Position numbers and translations under genes: made by a program. Below, one piece after another: positions 1 through 11,497 of a stretch of 64,000 nucleotides of DNA; position 1 is the stretch's first letter, and the number at the start of each line of letters is the position of its first letter. The notes under the pieces were generated by a model. The model had not been told where the DNA came from, did not search any database, and was given only the letters and a program-made list of their open reading frames with translations. The stretch comes from Schizochytrium sp. TIO01 (taxonomy: Eukaryota; Protista; Bigyra: Labyrinthulomycetes): assembly GCA_004764695.1 (NCBI GenBank), contig SMSO01000025.1:4194862-4258861 (forward strand), given 5' to 3'.

Positions 1-3000
1 GCACGTGCCTCATCCATGTCCTGAATGGAAAGCTGAACCACTTCGTGGTGAATTGTATCCATCACAATTTTTGCATGCAAGTTAAGGCAAGAGTGCTCAA
101 AGTCTTGTCGGGCAAGAGCTCGGAGCCCGCGGGCTATGCACGTCACCTCCCGTTTCAAGAGACCAAAATGTAGAACAAGTTCCTTTTCGAGGTCTGCAAT
201 TGGTCGCTCTGCATAGCGTTCCAAAAACCTCAACATCAGACTTTTGGAAGGCAGTTCCTGCAGAAGTTCATCCGCTTTTTTTGCTGTCACTGTTGTAGCA
301 ATACCTCTTAGACGCGATTCGAGAAGGTCAGGCTCCAGATATGTCCTTGACATAGTTTGCAAAATATCGCGCTCTTTCTCATTCAAGCCTATGAGATACA
401 AATCCTCTAAATGCGCCCCAAAACCAAGCAATTTTTTACGAGCTTTGAGATTCATAGCGGGTGCAGGAAGCCGTACAGGGGGGAGCTCAGAAGGAATAAG
501 CTGCATTTTAGATTTGAGTTTTTCTTCTTCTTCTGCCTCTGCCTTTTTGTCTGGATCCTCCAAGGCATCAACCTCCTCCATTTCATCCTCATGGTCCATA
601 CCTTCGTTATTAAAACCCTCTCGAGATTTACGTTCAACATCATCACCTTGTTCACTTTTATTTTCATCTCCCTCGTCATTATGATTCGAAAACATCTTCT
701 CTTCTGCCGTCGGACTTTCTTCGTCATCCATTCCTTTATCGTCCAATTTCTCCATATAATTTAGATTGTCGATATTAGGAAGGTCTCTTTCGGATATTTC
801 TTCTGGATCCACTGTCTCTGGCTCATCTAGTACGTAAGTTTGAGGATCGTCAGGGTCCCAACCTTTTTTGCGTAGGTTACGACGTTCAATAAAATTTTTG
901 CGAGCTTCGCGCCTAATTTTATTATCACGTCGACGCCCCTCTTTCACTAGCTGCCACTCCGATTTCTCTCGAACATTAATAACTCGTTGATCGATAACAG
1001 ACTTTAGCTTCTCTTCTGCTGCAAGTCGTTGGCGCTCTCTCTCAGCAGCTTCCTGCTCAAGCTCTTCATCGCTTTTAATTCCTCGCTCTACTTTCATTTG
1101 GTTAAAGTGTTCATCGACGCTAGCTTGAGCTACTTTCACATCCTCTTCTGTGAGTAGAGAGACAACTTCCCCACGGTCAAAAGTTTGCCCAAGAGCACGA
1201 AGCTTAGCTTGACGCATACGTACTGTTGCGTCCCACTTCATGCGTCCTACAGTCCCTGAAGCTTGTTGTTCACGTTTTGCGTACTCCTTTTCCACTTTAG
1301 CTCGACTTTCCTCAAGCGCAACCCGCCAAGCTGCAAAAAAAGCGCGACGTTTGATCTCTAGCTCAGCACGTCGCCGACCAAGTTTGCTCCTCCATGCAGC
1401 TTGCACCATCATTGCAGCGTTGTAATTAATGCGATTTTGGTAAAACAAAATGTTTCCAAGACCTCCATGCTCAAGTGGCACAACGTTACTTTGCAGCTTG
1501 TGCTTACGGCGTTGCATAAATTTTGCGTAGTCCGGTTTGAGCGGGTCATGCTTACCCATGGCTAGTGCTCGCTCATGAATAGTCTGCTTTCGTTCAGGTG
1601 CCAGAGCCGGTCGATGAGTGATCCACAAGCGAGCGATGCGTTTATTCAAGTCACGAAGAGTAAGCATGCCGAGCTCGTACTTTTTGATGTGCGACATTCG
1701 CGTTCGTTGCCACAAGCTCAGGTTTGCGTATGCCCAAGGAACATCAAAAACTTTGGACAAGTCTTCGGAAACACTTACAATCTGAGTCATGCAAGAAGTA
1801 AACTCAAAGGCGGTCATCATATTAGGATCACTGGTTGGGGCTCGAACAACGTCAAATTGACGACGCACAAGCGTCTCTAGAAATGAGCGTGGACATCTTC
1901 GTAATATTCTTCGCTGTCGGACCGGTCGTTTTCGTTTTCGCTTTTGTTTAGTCAGGCTCACAACATTCTCAGGCTCTATTGTTTTCTGGATTCCCACATT
2001 TGTTTTGTCGTCTGTCGAACCATCATTCAGACCATCTTTCGATTCTACTTCTGGTCCTAGCCCTTCTGTTGTATCCTGCATGTCTTGTAGGTCCTCATCT
2101 GAGTCATCATCGTTCTCATAGATAGGACGGCGGAGGCAACCACCCATGTCCTCCATAATTCTTGTTGCAAGCTCCACGAGGTCTACGAGCTCGGATTCTT
2201 CGATTAGGTCTCGACGTTTTGCAAATAAGCCAAAAACATAGCGCAGTTTCTTTTCAATAACCACACCTGATACAATCACTAGCGTCAACACGAGTCGCAT
2301 TACCTCCACGGTATATGCGTCCATGCCCGAATTTGGATCTGCATCAACCAAGACGTGGTAAAGTGAGATAAATCTAGCTTCGCGTGATTCTAACTCTTGC
2401 GCTTTCTCCAGTTCCGTGTTCTGCTCGTCTACTGCTTTGGTGGCTTCCTCTAAAGCAGAATCTGCTTTCTTGAGTTCACCTTCTGCAACCATAATTAAAC
2501 TACGATGGGGATTACTGTCTGCCTTTTTTCCAGCTGCGCGAATGGCTTCTTGCAACTCAAGATTCCGCAGATCGCGCTCTTTTTTACGTTCCATTTGCAC
2601 AGCTTTCAGTTTTTCAAGTTTGGTTTTGGCTTGAGCTACTAGTTTCTCACCTTTCGGTGTGTCTTGGCGACGAAAAAATTTTGCTAGTTTGGCTGCGTTT
2701 TCTGCAAGTAGTTCCGCAAGCTCTTGACGATCTTTGTTCTCCTCAAGGTGATATGCGATGCGTTGCTCTTCGTCATCTGTTTTCCACTTAATATTGTGTT
2801 CTGTCTCTTGTTTTTCTAAGTCACGTGAGAAATGCTCGAATTCTTTAGTAGTCATCGTTTTCTTGGCAGCTGTCAACTCTCGTTTCGAAGCCTGAATGAG
2901 ATCCAATCGGGACTTTTCGTTCTTTTTGACTTCCATTGCCCGCTCGCGATCTCGTTTTGCTTTTCGCCTTTCAAAGCGCTCTCGGATTACTTCTTCTTCA

Positions 3001-3833
3001 TTTCCAAGATCTACAGCTTCGTGATCCGTAAGCTGGATATTTTTCCAATCCTCTTGAAATTTTGTTTCCCGTTCCCGATCCAAGTCAGAGGCACTCAATA
3101 ACGAATACCCAAAGAAGATTGGAGAGGTGATTTTTGCGTTCAGCTGCGCAGGAGGGCCTCTTGCATAAGTCTTATTTGCTGTTGAAGAGCTTTCGTCAGC
3201 TTTGGCTGAGCTACCGTTAGGGTCTTCCCCTGTAAGAGATGCATCCTCGTCCTCGTCATCATCTTCAGAAACGATGCCATCATCGTCGTCCTTTGCGTTT
3301 GTTTTACCTGGTTTCTGTACTTCTTCTTTATCTTCTTTTGTGCCTTCCTTTGAGTTGTCTTCATCTTTACCATCGCTCTCTTTGACCTCACTTTTCCCGC
3401 TTAAAATAGAGTTTTGCTCTTCAATACCGCTGGCTAGACGTCTTCCGGCTGTCTTAGAGTCTTCACTGAGGCTTCCGAGGCTGGTGGGGGCTGCCAATGG
3501 GTTTTCAATCCACTCCTGCAGCTTTAAATCTGGGGCCATAGCGTAGGTCTCGCATGCTGGATGATATTGTAGACGGTCGAGTTTGGCTTGCCGCATGGAA
3601 CGCTCATACTCGACAGTTTCTAGCGTATTGAACATGAAATTCCATCTTGTTTTCTTCTTCTTTTTTAGGTCTTTATCCGGTTGTTTCTTGGTGAGAGTCT
3701 CCAGCACCTTATCCACCTCCTCGAGAGACCATTTCCCCACGGTCTCCAAAATTCTCTTGCGGTGAAAGCTTTCCACGATTTTGCGCTCCACCTTGGGCGC
3801 TAAGACATCGTCCACAGAATACGCAGACCCCAT
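1..3833 (-). CDS. Large coiled-coil protein with N-myristoylation signal, degenerate EF-hand-like segment and IQ motif; 3' end lies beyond the window (>=1277 aa)
   Basis: My translation: ATG at 3833 (in-frame TGA just upstream at 3846-3848) gives [20 protein letters not shown]. The same frame still reads at base 3 (…[16 protein letters not shown]). Its absence from the ORF track fits having no stop in the window. IQ-like [17 protein letters not shown] at ~1370-1420; [25 protein letters not shown] at ~2190-2265 resembles the calcineurin-B/NCS EF-hand lead-in. Confidence 0.9.
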   Translation of the reverse strand, partial: MGSAYSVDDVLAPKVERKIVESFHRKRILETVGKWSLEEVDKVLETLTKKQPDKDLKKKKKTRWNFMFNTLETVEYERSMRQAKLDRLQYHPACETYAMAPDLKLQEWIENPLAAPTSLGSLSEDSKTAGRRLASGIEEQNSILSGKSEVKESDGKDEDNSKEGTKEDKEEVQKPGKTNAKDDDDGIVSEDDDEDEDASLTGEDPNGSSAKADESSSTANKTYARGPPAQLNAKITSPIFFGYSLLSASDLDRERETKFQEDWKNIQLTDHEAVDLGNEEEVIRERFERRKAKRDRERAMEVKKNEKSRLDLIQASKRELTAAKKTMTTKEFEHFSRDLEKQETEHNIKWKTDDEEQRIAYHLEENKDRQELAELLAENAAKLAKFFRRQDTPKGEKLVAQAKTKLEKLKAVQMERKKERDLRNLELQEAIRAAGKKADSNPHRSLIMVAEGELKKADSALEEATKAVDEQNTELEKAQELESREARFISLYHVLVDADPNSGMDAYTVEVMRLVLTLVIVSGVVIEKKLRYVFGLFAKRRDLIEESELVDLVELATRIMEDMGGCLRRPIYENDDDSDEDLQDMQDTTEGLGPEVESKDGLNDGSTDDKTNVGIQKTIEPENVVSLTKQKRKRKRPVRQRRILRRCPRSFLETLVRRQFDVVRAPTSDPNMMTAFEFTSCMTQIVSVSEDLSKVFDVPWAYANLSLWQRTRMSHIKKYELGMLTLRDLNKRIARLWITHRPALAPERKQTIHERALAMGKHDPLKPDYAKFMQRRKHKLQSNVVPLEHGGLGNILFYQNRINYNAAMMVQAAWRSKLGRRRAELEIKRRAFFAAWRVALEESRAKVEKEYAKREQQASGTVGRMKWDATVRMRQAKLRALGQTFDRGEVVSLLTEEDVKVAQASVDEHFNQMKVERGIKSDEELEQEAAERERQRLAAEEKLKSVIDQRVINVREKSEWQLVKEGRRRDNKIRREARKNFIERRNLRKKGWDPDDPQTYVLDEPETVDPEEISERDLPNIDNLNYMEKLDDKGMDDEESPTAEEKMFSNHNDEGDENKSEQGDDVERKSREGFNNEGMDHEDEMEEVDALEDPDKKAEAEEEEKLKSKMQLIPSELPPVRLPAPAMNLKARKKLLGFGAHLEDLYLIGLNEKERDILQTMSRTYLEPDLLESRLRGIATTVTAKKADELLQELPSKSLMLRFLERYAERPIADLEKELVLHFGLLKREVTCIARGLRALARQDFEHSCLNLHAKIVMDTIHHEVVQLSIQDMDEAR

Positions 3834-4419
3834 GATGCCAGTGCCTCAAGGCCACTCGCACCCGAGGCCACCACGAAATCAGCCAGGACCGCGGGCTTCG
3901 GTACTGCCTCTCTCAGCGCCTCAACCCGAGGCCTCTACGAACTTGTTCAGCTCTTCAAAGAGCCCAGACAAGTAAACTTGGGTCTTCAAGTTGTACTCCG
4001 TGCTCTCATATTAGCCGTAATATGACCGTTGACAGGGAGCAGAACCTTTTAGTAGTTGGTAGTCGCTACTAGAAGTAAATTAAATCAACACAAGTCCCAT
4101 TTTTGAAGCAAATGCAATCGATGAATTGACTGAAGCCCTCTTCTTCTATCCTTTTTGGCTTATGTTGTGACCTACTGCGAGGAGGACGAAGGGGCAGACA
4201 GAAATCGAGTTGTGCCTGTGACCAAAGCGATATTCGATTTGGGGAAAAGGGTCGCTGGGTGGAGGGGACCATTGGCTCGACTTTAATCTGTACACAAGAA
4301 CAAATTGGGGCTTGCTTGCGTGTCAGTGCTTGTTTTGCTTGTGATCAAAGTAAAGGATAAAAAACGTGGTGGAGACAAGAGGAGCACGTTTCGGTGATCA
4401 AGACGCCTATGGCCATGTC
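3834..4419. promoter_or_regulatory. Probable bidirectional promoter between two divergent IQ/EF-hand genes
   Basis: Only ~585 bp separates the two head-to-head ATGs (3833 minus, 4420 plus). Position-based inference only. Confidence 0.5.
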
Positions 4420-7400
4420 ATGACGATCGGTGAAGTATGGGAAGCTCAAGCAAAGCAAGGCCATACTTTAGCAGTGTTTACGCCTCAAGAATGGCGTCTG
4501 GTACTTGGTCGTGCATATGCTTCCGCTCACGGCAAACTGATTTTGGATAAGCCGATTGGCGAGGCCTCTCATCATGTGGACTTTCGCAATATGGGTAATG
4601 TAGACCTGATGTGGCCAAGTGAAGAGATCATGCAGGAGTTTCGACACAATTGGACAGTTTTTCTAGCCTACGAGTGCTCGATAACCAATGTTGGTTTAAA
4701 GTCACGCGTTTTATATAAGAACCTTCGTATGCTCAGTTTATCGCGTTGTGCTCTTCTCAGTGATGAAGCGTTGCAAAGTATCGCAAAAATTTGTCCAGAA
4801 CTTAGGGCTCTTGAAGTGGATGGGTGTCCACTTCTTTCGGATGCTGGGGTGATTGAGATTAGCCAGGGGTGCAGAGAGCTGTCTTACATCAACCTTGATG
4901 CATGCATCAATGTTACAGATCAAGGTTTAAGTCAGATAATTGAGCATTGTACGAAGCTTCGATATGCTAACTTTGCTCATAATGTGCGATTCCATGGAAG
5001 TGCATTCCTCACATTGCCAAACGCTCAGCATGATGTTGTACTTCTTGTTCATCAACACTTGCGCAGCCTTGACCTTTCATATTGTTCTTGCGTAGCTGAC
5101 GAAGCACTGCGCTGGATAGCAGAATCTTTATTAAGCCTTGAAGATCTGTGTCTGTCGGGTTGCACAAGCCTTACGGATGTTGGTGTTGGTTCCTTACCTT
5201 TAGCGCAAAAGCTGCAGAAGCTCAATCTCAATGGATGCCATAGATTAACTAATGCATGCGCATTTACACTTATAAGTATGCCTAAGCTCAACGACCTTTC
5301 GGTAAGTAACATTGGAGCGCTTACACCACAATTTGTGAGTATTTTGCTTAATGGTTGTAAAGGGTTAGCACGATTAGAAATGCTCGAAAATGAAAACTTT
5401 GGGTTTCCAACTGTACAGAGGGTCCTACTAGAAGCTCTTGAGGTTTCACATACGTCTTGCATGGGCACTGCTTCTCTTCAACGGATCGGGCAGCTTGCCT
5501 TTCTGAGAAGTATTACCTTTCGCCATTGCTCGAAAATTACAAATGCTATGTTGTATGACCTATTGCTGGCCAGGAAAACAACTTTAAAAGCAGTGGATAT
5601 TGCTTACTGTACGGAACTCCAGGGTACAGAGTGGTATTGTGGCTCAGGTTTGACCCTCTATAGTCTCGATTGCTCCGGGCTTGCAGGCATTGAGACCGAG
5701 CAGCTTAGTAGTATTGTTACTGACAGCAAGTTGAGAACACTTCGAGCTAACGATCTTCAAAATGTTGACCTTGAGTTACTTATCAAAAGATTTCCCTATC
5801 TTGATATTCAAATATCGAACACAAGCCAACGCTCAATTAGATCCTATGGAAACGAATTAGTGCGGCGTTTATCTCTTGAAATGGAGAGCGCGATCAAAAT
5901 CCAGAAATTGTGGCGACGATATTTGTCCAGTCGGAATGTTACGTTGCAATATTTGCTTATACGTCATCGTCGGAGTGTTGCAAATGCTGCTATAGGCATG
6001 CAAAAGGTCTGGCGTCAGCATCGAGTCATGAATCATCGCCTTGTAGTCGAGAATATAATCAAATTCCAGCGTTTGGTGCGTAGGAGGCAATGGCGAATGA
6101 ATTTTGATAAGCACATAAGGACCTTTCAAATTAGATGGGAAGCAGCCTGTAAGATTCAAGCACTGTATCGAGGATGGAAGTGGCGAAAAGTTCATGCTGA
6201 TTTGGTCCTTTCTCTAGCTGTTAAAAAAGAGCAGCGATTCATGCATCATGTGACTCAGTCTGCGGCTGTGAAAGCAAGGGTCTTGGCGGTCTCACAGAGT
6301 GCGGTGGTTCAAGTTGCACAAAGCGTTCCAACTAAAGGTCAGCGAAAAAATCCTTTGGAAGAGTTAGCTTTTGTGCTTACTCCTGCACGTGAAGTACTGC
6401 ACCTACGTAGACAGCTCCTGATCGAGCTGGAATATGTTTTGCATCAACGGATGTTGGACCAGGAGAAGCTGCATCAAGAAATGTATCGACTGCGACGTAG
6501 CCAATATGGTCTGAATGTACGGATCTTGCAGAAATGGGCTCGTGAGAAGGTGTTTCCAGCCTTAGAGCGTCGTGAACGAGCAATTGCTCGCCATCGTCGT
6601 AGCAAAGCTGAACGAAAGTACTTTGGAGGTGTTTCAACTATAAGAGAAGGCATTGCGATACGTGGAGTTGTGAAGCTCCAAGCTCGGTTCCGGGGAAATT
6701 TGCATCGAGCAAGGCCATATGCGTTGGTTCGAGCCCGTGCAAGTGGAGTTCCAAAGTTAATTTGGTCCGTGAGTCATCTCTTTAAGAAACAACAGTCAGA
6801 AATGGACCAAATTACAGTATTCAATTCAATGCTGAGAAAATGCGAGACCCATCAGAGACATTATGCTGACATGAACACGGCAACAGCAAAGGCAAAACAC
6901 AGGTTCTATGGTACTTTCGGGGCTTCGTTGCGTCTTCGTTTAATAATCAGTGAAAGGTTTCAAGGAAACTATGTGAAAAGACTTCGTTATCACACTCGGA
7001 CAGCAGAGATGGTCAAGAAGGAGATGAAGCGACTTCAAGCTGTGGACCACTCCTTAACATTACTCGAAGAATACTTTACAGAGCGCTCTAACGAAATCAA
7101 GCAAGGACAATCTAACTATGATTCGATCGATGATACTAAAATTCGAATTCTCTTTGCGCAGACACCTGCAAATGAAGTAGCGAAGCTTGCAGAGGAGATA
7201 AGTTTGATCGAAAAAAAATGGATTAAAGATAGCATGGCAGAGGTGGAGACTACTCGAGCCACATGCATGAAATTACTACGAGCATTTGCGCTTCAGGAGA
7301 CGATGCGTTTGGAAACTGAGTTGGTGGCGCAAGCTGATCTAATGCGACAACATCGAGAGTTGGACGCTGCATTTCATCGCGAGTGGGCTTGGCGCCGTGA

Positions 7401-9702
7401 ACTTCTATCGACAGACTTGAGTAATGTTCAAGCTAATGATCTTGAAACCAAGAGGTTTCTTAACAAACAAAGTGAACGTTTGGAAAACTTGCTGGATATT
7501 GCAGAAGAGCAAAATGAAAATATGACTGAGACTTTTGTGCTACAATGTGAACATCAGCGTATGCTCTGTGAGTTCCCTGATCGAAGTACTATTCGGAGAT
7601 TGGAGAGAAACACTATGCGAGTGCGCCGGGAAGTCAAGTATCGTGCTTGGACGGCAATCATTCCCGTTCACAGACTGAAGCCGGCTGAATTGGTTGCAAT
7701 TCAAGAGCAAATGATTGAAGCCCGTAATCGTGTGGAGAACGATGATGCTCATCGGAAAGCAGTGGAGGAGGCTGAGGAAAAAGCCAATATGGGCGAAGAG
7801 AATGAATCAGATGAAGAGAAACATATGAATGAGTCTGAGCTCTTTATTCGTGAGTTGATGGAGGAATCATTGCTGACGACCAAAAGCCTCCCCGATCTGG
7901 AGGAAAGGAACTCTTCAGCTAATACTTTTGCGGATAAACTAGACAACGTCCGTGAGATGTTCATGACGGAGCGTGATCGCGAGAAGCGGCGTATGAAGTC
8001 CACAATTATAGGTCGTCAGCGTGCAACGCTTGGTTTAGTTGACTGTATTGCAGCTTTGCGAATAACAGTTGGTGAGTCTGAAGAATTGGCAATGAGGTTG
8101 GTGAACGGAAAACTCCGCGAACAGGGCTTGAACAAGTGGAGATGTATTCGTAAAGATATGAGAACAGGTTTTCAGCTTGAAGAACCTGTTTATCTGTGGG
8201 TAAGAACTTCAACTGAACCACGATATCATATTCGTCATATCGAGGTGGATTGTGAAGTTGACTCGATGACTGCTGTAAGGCAGAAAGAAATGCACATGCT
8301 AGCTGAGGAGTCTGACGAGGATGACTCAAGTGAAGACTCGAGTAACGCTAGTTCTGTTGAAGATGATGAAAACGGCCTAGTTCTGGATGATGGTATAGGT
8401 GGTCTGCCTGGTAATCAGAGGCGCAGAACTAGTCTATTTAGTACAGCGAAGCGTCGTATGAGTGCTTTTGCAAATGAGACTGCAAATGGTGCAAGAGACA
8501 AACTTGCAGAGGCTCGTGCACGCATTTCAGAGCTGCGTCATAGAACGATTGAGATGCACGAAAGTGTTGGCCATGAGCGTATTAAAACGTTCCAGCTGCA
8601 TCTCTCGCGAATGGGCTTAGTCAATGAAAGCATTATGGATCTGCGTATCAGTTCTACCGAAGCTGACGCAGAAACCTTAATGCGACGCGGTTACACATGT
8701 ATTGACGCAGAGCTAGGCGTTCCTTTGAAAAAGCGTGAGCGTGTGCGTCCTATCTTTAAATTGTGGTATGCCACAACTGACTCGTACAAGCCGCCCCCGG
8801 CTTCAGATTTACAGAAATTGGAAGCTCGACGAGCTGAATTTGAGGAAATGTTTGCTCAAAATCCCAACAACAAGCGTGTGGAGCAAATTTTGCGCGAGAT
8901 AAATCAAGACATTCAAGAGATAGAGTTCAATAATCAAGGAGATAACAGCGAGGAGATGAAGCTACAAAAGTTGCAGGAAACTATAGATTCAGTAGGTTTG
9001 TCGAAAAAAGATACTCGCAAACTTATGTCGTGTTTTGCAGCAATGGATACAGAACATATTGGGGAGGTAGCACTGGAGCAATTCTTGTACTACGTTGGTG
9101 TTGATGACTCTGCCTTAGCCAGGCGAATATTTTCCTTTTTAGATGTAAGCGGTGATGGCAAGCTTGACTTCCAAGAGTTGCTGCATGCAGTGAGTACGCT
9201 GTGCATGTTTGGTCCAAATGAGCTCGTGAAGCTAATGTTTAACTTTGCAGATGTTGAGGGCCGTGGAACGTTGACTTATGAAGAGCTGAAACGTGTTATG
9301 GTGCTGCAACATCAGGTCGATCCCGAGGACGATGTCTACCTGAAAAGGTCCTTGGAACATGTTGCACGCGTGTATGGTAAGGAGATGGCGATGTCGTTTG
9401 CTCAATTGTACGATGTTCATATCAAATATCCAATGATTTTTCAACCAGCTTTTGAATTGCGCATTGCAATGTGCAAGGCCTTTCTTGGTGAGTCCTTTTG
9501 GCACCGTAAGAAGGCATTGTTTGAGGAGGTTCGCCGCGAGGTGCGTGAACAGACCGAACGTGACAAGAATAAGCTCAAGCGCGAAAAAATCAAAGAATTG
9601 CGCCGTGAAAAGGGCGTTCGGACGGTGGGAGAGCGGTTGCAGTCTAGAGTTTTTGATGCAATTGATCGGTTTGATTTTACACTACCTGAGCTCCCCAAAT
9701 AA
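4420..9702 (+). CDS. FBXL/AMN1-type leucine-rich repeat + multiple IQ motifs + coiled coil + C-terminal EF-hand protein (~1760 aa)
   Basis: 1778-aa ORF (track starts at GTG 4366; first ATG is 4420). Cys-containing LRRs (LSLSRCALLSDEAL, LDLSYCSCVADEAL, LCLSGCTSLTDVGV). IQ motifs (IKIQKLWRRY, CKIQALYRGWKWRK, VKLQARFRGNLHR). EF-hand loops DTEHIGEVALEQF, DVSGDGKLDFQEL, DVEGRGTLTYEEL. Confidence 0.9.
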   Translation: MTIGEVWEAQAKQGHTLAVFTPQEWRLVLGRAYASAHGKLILDKPIGEASHHVDFRNMGNVDLMWPSEEIMQEFRHNWTVFLAYECSITNVGLKSRVLYKNLRMLSLSRCALLSDEALQSIAKICPELRALEVDGCPLLSDAGVIEISQGCRELSYINLDACINVTDQGLSQIIEHCTKLRYANFAHNVRFHGSAFLTLPNAQHDVVLLVHQHLRSLDLSYCSCVADEALRWIAESLLSLEDLCLSGCTSLTDVGVGSLPLAQKLQKLNLNGCHRLTNACAFTLISMPKLNDLSVSNIGALTPQFVSILLNGCKGLARLEMLENENFGFPTVQRVLLEALEVSHTSCMGTASLQRIGQLAFLRSITFRHCSKITNAMLYDLLLARKTTLKAVDIAYCTELQGTEWYCGSGLTLYSLDCSGLAGIETEQLSSIVTDSKLRTLRANDLQNVDLELLIKRFPYLDIQISNTSQRSIRSYGNELVRRLSLEMESAIKIQKLWRRYLSSRNVTLQYLLIRHRRSVANAAIGMQKVWRQHRVMNHRLVVENIIKFQRLVRRRQWRMNFDKHIRTFQIRWEAACKIQALYRGWKWRKVHADLVLSLAVKKEQRFMHHVTQSAAVKARVLAVSQSAVVQVAQSVPTKGQRKNPLEELAFVLTPAREVLHLRRQLLIELEYVLHQRMLDQEKLHQEMYRLRRSQYGLNVRILQKWAREKVFPALERRERAIARHRRSKAERKYFGGVSTIREGIAIRGVVKLQARFRGNLHRARPYALVRARASGVPKLIWSVSHLFKKQQSEMDQITVFNSMLRKCETHQRHYADMNTATAKAKHRFYGTFGASLRLRLIISERFQGNYVKRLRYHTRTAEMVKKEMKRLQAVDHSLTLLEEYFTERSNEIKQGQSNYDSIDDTKIRILFAQTPANEVAKLAEEISLIEKKWIKDSMAEVETTRATCMKLLRAFALQETMRLETELVAQADLMRQHRELDAAFHREWAWRRELLSTDLSNVQANDLETKRFLNKQSERLENLLDIAEEQNENMTETFVLQCEHQRMLCEFPDRSTIRRLERNTMRVRREVKYRAWTAIIPVHRLKPAELVAIQEQMIEARNRVENDDAHRKAVEEAEEKANMGEENESDEEKHMNESELFIRELMEESLLTTKSLPDLEERNSSANTFADKLDNVREMFMTERDREKRRMKSTIIGRQRATLGLVDCIAALRITVGESEELAMRLVNGKLREQGLNKWRCIRKDMRTGFQLEEPVYLWVRTSTEPRYHIRHIEVDCEVDSMTAVRQKEMHMLAEESDEDDSSEDSSNASSVEDDENGLVLDDGIGGLPGNQRRRTSLFSTAKRRMSAFANETANGARDKLAEARARISELRHRTIEMHESVGHERIKTFQLHLSRMGLVNESIMDLRISSTEADAETLMRRGYTCIDAELGVPLKKRERVRPIFKLWYATTDSYKPPPASDLQKLEARRAEFEEMFAQNPNNKRVEQILREINQDIQEIEFNNQGDNSEEMKLQKLQETIDSVGLSKKDTRKLMSCFAAMDTEHIGEVALEQFLYYVGVDDSALARRIFSFLDVSGDGKLDFQELLHAVSTLCMFGPNELVKLMFNFADVEGRGTLTYEELKRVMVLQHQVDPEDDVYLKRSLEHVARVYGKEMAMSFAQLYDVHIKYPMIFQPAFELRIAMCKAFLGESFWHRKKALFEEVRREVREQTERDKNKLKREKIKELRREKGVRTVGERLQSRVFDAIDRFDFTLPELPK

Positions 9703-10435
9703 GTAAGGTTCATCTAATGTATGAAATTGTAACATAAATCCAGGTAACATAAAAGTGATTTCAATTCAGAACAAAGTCTTGGAGTATACTGGGATATTGA
9801 GATTCATTATGTAGGAGAAAAACAAAATAAACATTTTGGTAATGAAACCCCTGAATACTGATTAAAAAAGTATTTAGTAAAAATAACAAAGGTATCAGTG
9901 AAAATTACTCCAGAGACTAGGATGAAGCAAATCAAGTATCTTAAAGCAACTATAAGAAACCATTGGACAAGTAATAGAAGATAATCTAAGCACATGAATA
10001 AGTTATAAGGAGAAGGAAAACAATGTTCTATTTATTGTTGAAGGATGCGAGTAGCATTATCGTTTTAAAAGAAGAACGTGCAGCTTGTAGTATATTGAAT
10101 AGCTCATTCACTACACTCTGCCTTTTCTATGCAACCCTTCAGATCGTGAATGTACACATTCCACTGAAAGCAAAAGTTTTCTGTACGAATCTTCTCCACG
10201 GTCAAAATGTTGCAGCGAATAACTGTGTTCATAAGTGCTGAAAGAAGAACTAACAGTAAGGACGACAAAGTCAAGAACCACAGGAGAAAATTCAAAATAT
10301 TCAAGAATACTGTCTTAGCAAAATCATTAAAAACATAGGCATACTATTTACTCACACAATGCATAGGATTCGATGGGTGTCAATGTGTAAGGTGATGCTC
10401 TAGGATTGGCCAGATGGTATAAGGTAGTCGTTCTT

Positions 10436-11335
10436 TTACCACTGCGGGGGACCTCCAAAGGGATCAACTTTTTCCTCAGGGGTAACATAGGCTGCGGTGA
10501 TACCTCCATCGATATTAAAAGAAGCACCTGTCACATAGGAGGATTCCTTGCTGGCGAGGAACAAGGCCGCCTGCGCCATTTCCTTTGCCTCTCCGAAGCG
10601 GCCCATGGGGTTGTGTACGAGTCTTCTCTGGCGCTTTTCTTCTGTGTCAAGAAACTTTTGAAGAAGTGGCGTGTTGAGCGGGCCCGGGCACAGATTGTTC
10701 ACCCTGATATTCTGTCTAGCATGAATCACAGCCAACTCTCTCGTCATGGCGAGGACAGCACCCTTGGAGCTCGTGTACGCAAGCTGAGGGGTCGCAGCGC
10801 CAAGTGATCCTACGAACGAGGCTGTATTAATGATCGAACCTCCTCCTGCTCTTCTCATTGCCGGAATTCCATACTTGCACCCAAAAAAAACGCCCTTGAC
10901 GTTGATGGCCATCGTTAAATCCCAGATATCCTCCTCAGTGGTCTCCGCACCGTCGTCCTGGGAGTGCATGATTCCAGCATTATTAAAGAGCACGGTAAGA
11001 GCACCAAACTCAGACTCTGCGCGGTCTATCATGCGTTTGCATTCGCTCTGTTTGGAGACATCTGTGGGCTGAAATACAGCTTTGTTCTTGCCGACGGAAT
11101 CTTCGATCATTCGGAGTGTCTCCAGGGCACCTTCTTCGTTCACGTCAGCAAGTACGATGCCTTTGGCGCCGTGCTGAGCGAAGAGTAGCGCAGACTCGCG
11201 TCCGATTCCACCGGCAGCTCCTGTGATCACACATACCTGGCCTGCCATACGAGGTGCCGCTGAAGACAGCGCTCGGGTAGCAAACGGCATCATTGTCTTG
11301 GCCGAGGCCGATTTAGTCGCTAGCGACGCGAGCAT
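10436..11335 (-). CDS. Classical short-chain dehydrogenase/reductase with probable mitochondrial presequence
   Basis: TGAAGGIG Rossmann motif, NNAG, catalytic YTSSK, IRVNNLCPG, DGG. Track starts at TTG 11353; ATG 11335 gives an Ala/Ser/Arg/Lys-rich, acid-free leader (MLASLATKSASAKTMMPFATRALSS). Confidence 0.95.
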   Translation of the reverse strand: MLASLATKSASAKTMMPFATRALSSAAPRMAGQVCVITGAAGGIGRESALLFAQHGAKGIVLADVNEEGALETLRMIEDSVGKNKAVFQPTDVSKQSECKRMIDRAESEFGALTVLFNNAGIMHSQDDGAETTEEDIWDLTMAINVKGVFFGCKYGIPAMRRAGGGSIINTASFVGSLGAATPQLAYTSSKGAVLAMTRELAVIHARQNIRVNNLCPGPLNTPLLQKFLDTEEKRQRRLVHNPMGRFGEAKEMAQAALFLASKESSYVTGASFNIDGGITAAYVTPEEKVDPFGGPPQW

Positions 11336-11464
11336 CTTCGTTCCGTATCTCAAAATCAGCCGCTGAAGGCAGACCTCTCACTTTGGCTTCTCTGGCAGTT
11401 GTCGGCTTGTGCACTCCTCGCTCCAACTACTCGCTGGAAGTGCAGTCTCCCTCTCGGTGTCGGT

Positions 11465-11497
11465 TTTGGATTTGGATTTGGATTTAGATTTAGATTT
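11465..11497. repeat. Hexamer tandem repeat (TTTGGA)3(TTTAGA)2 upstream of the SDR
   Basis: Read directly from the sequence. Confidence 0.85.
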
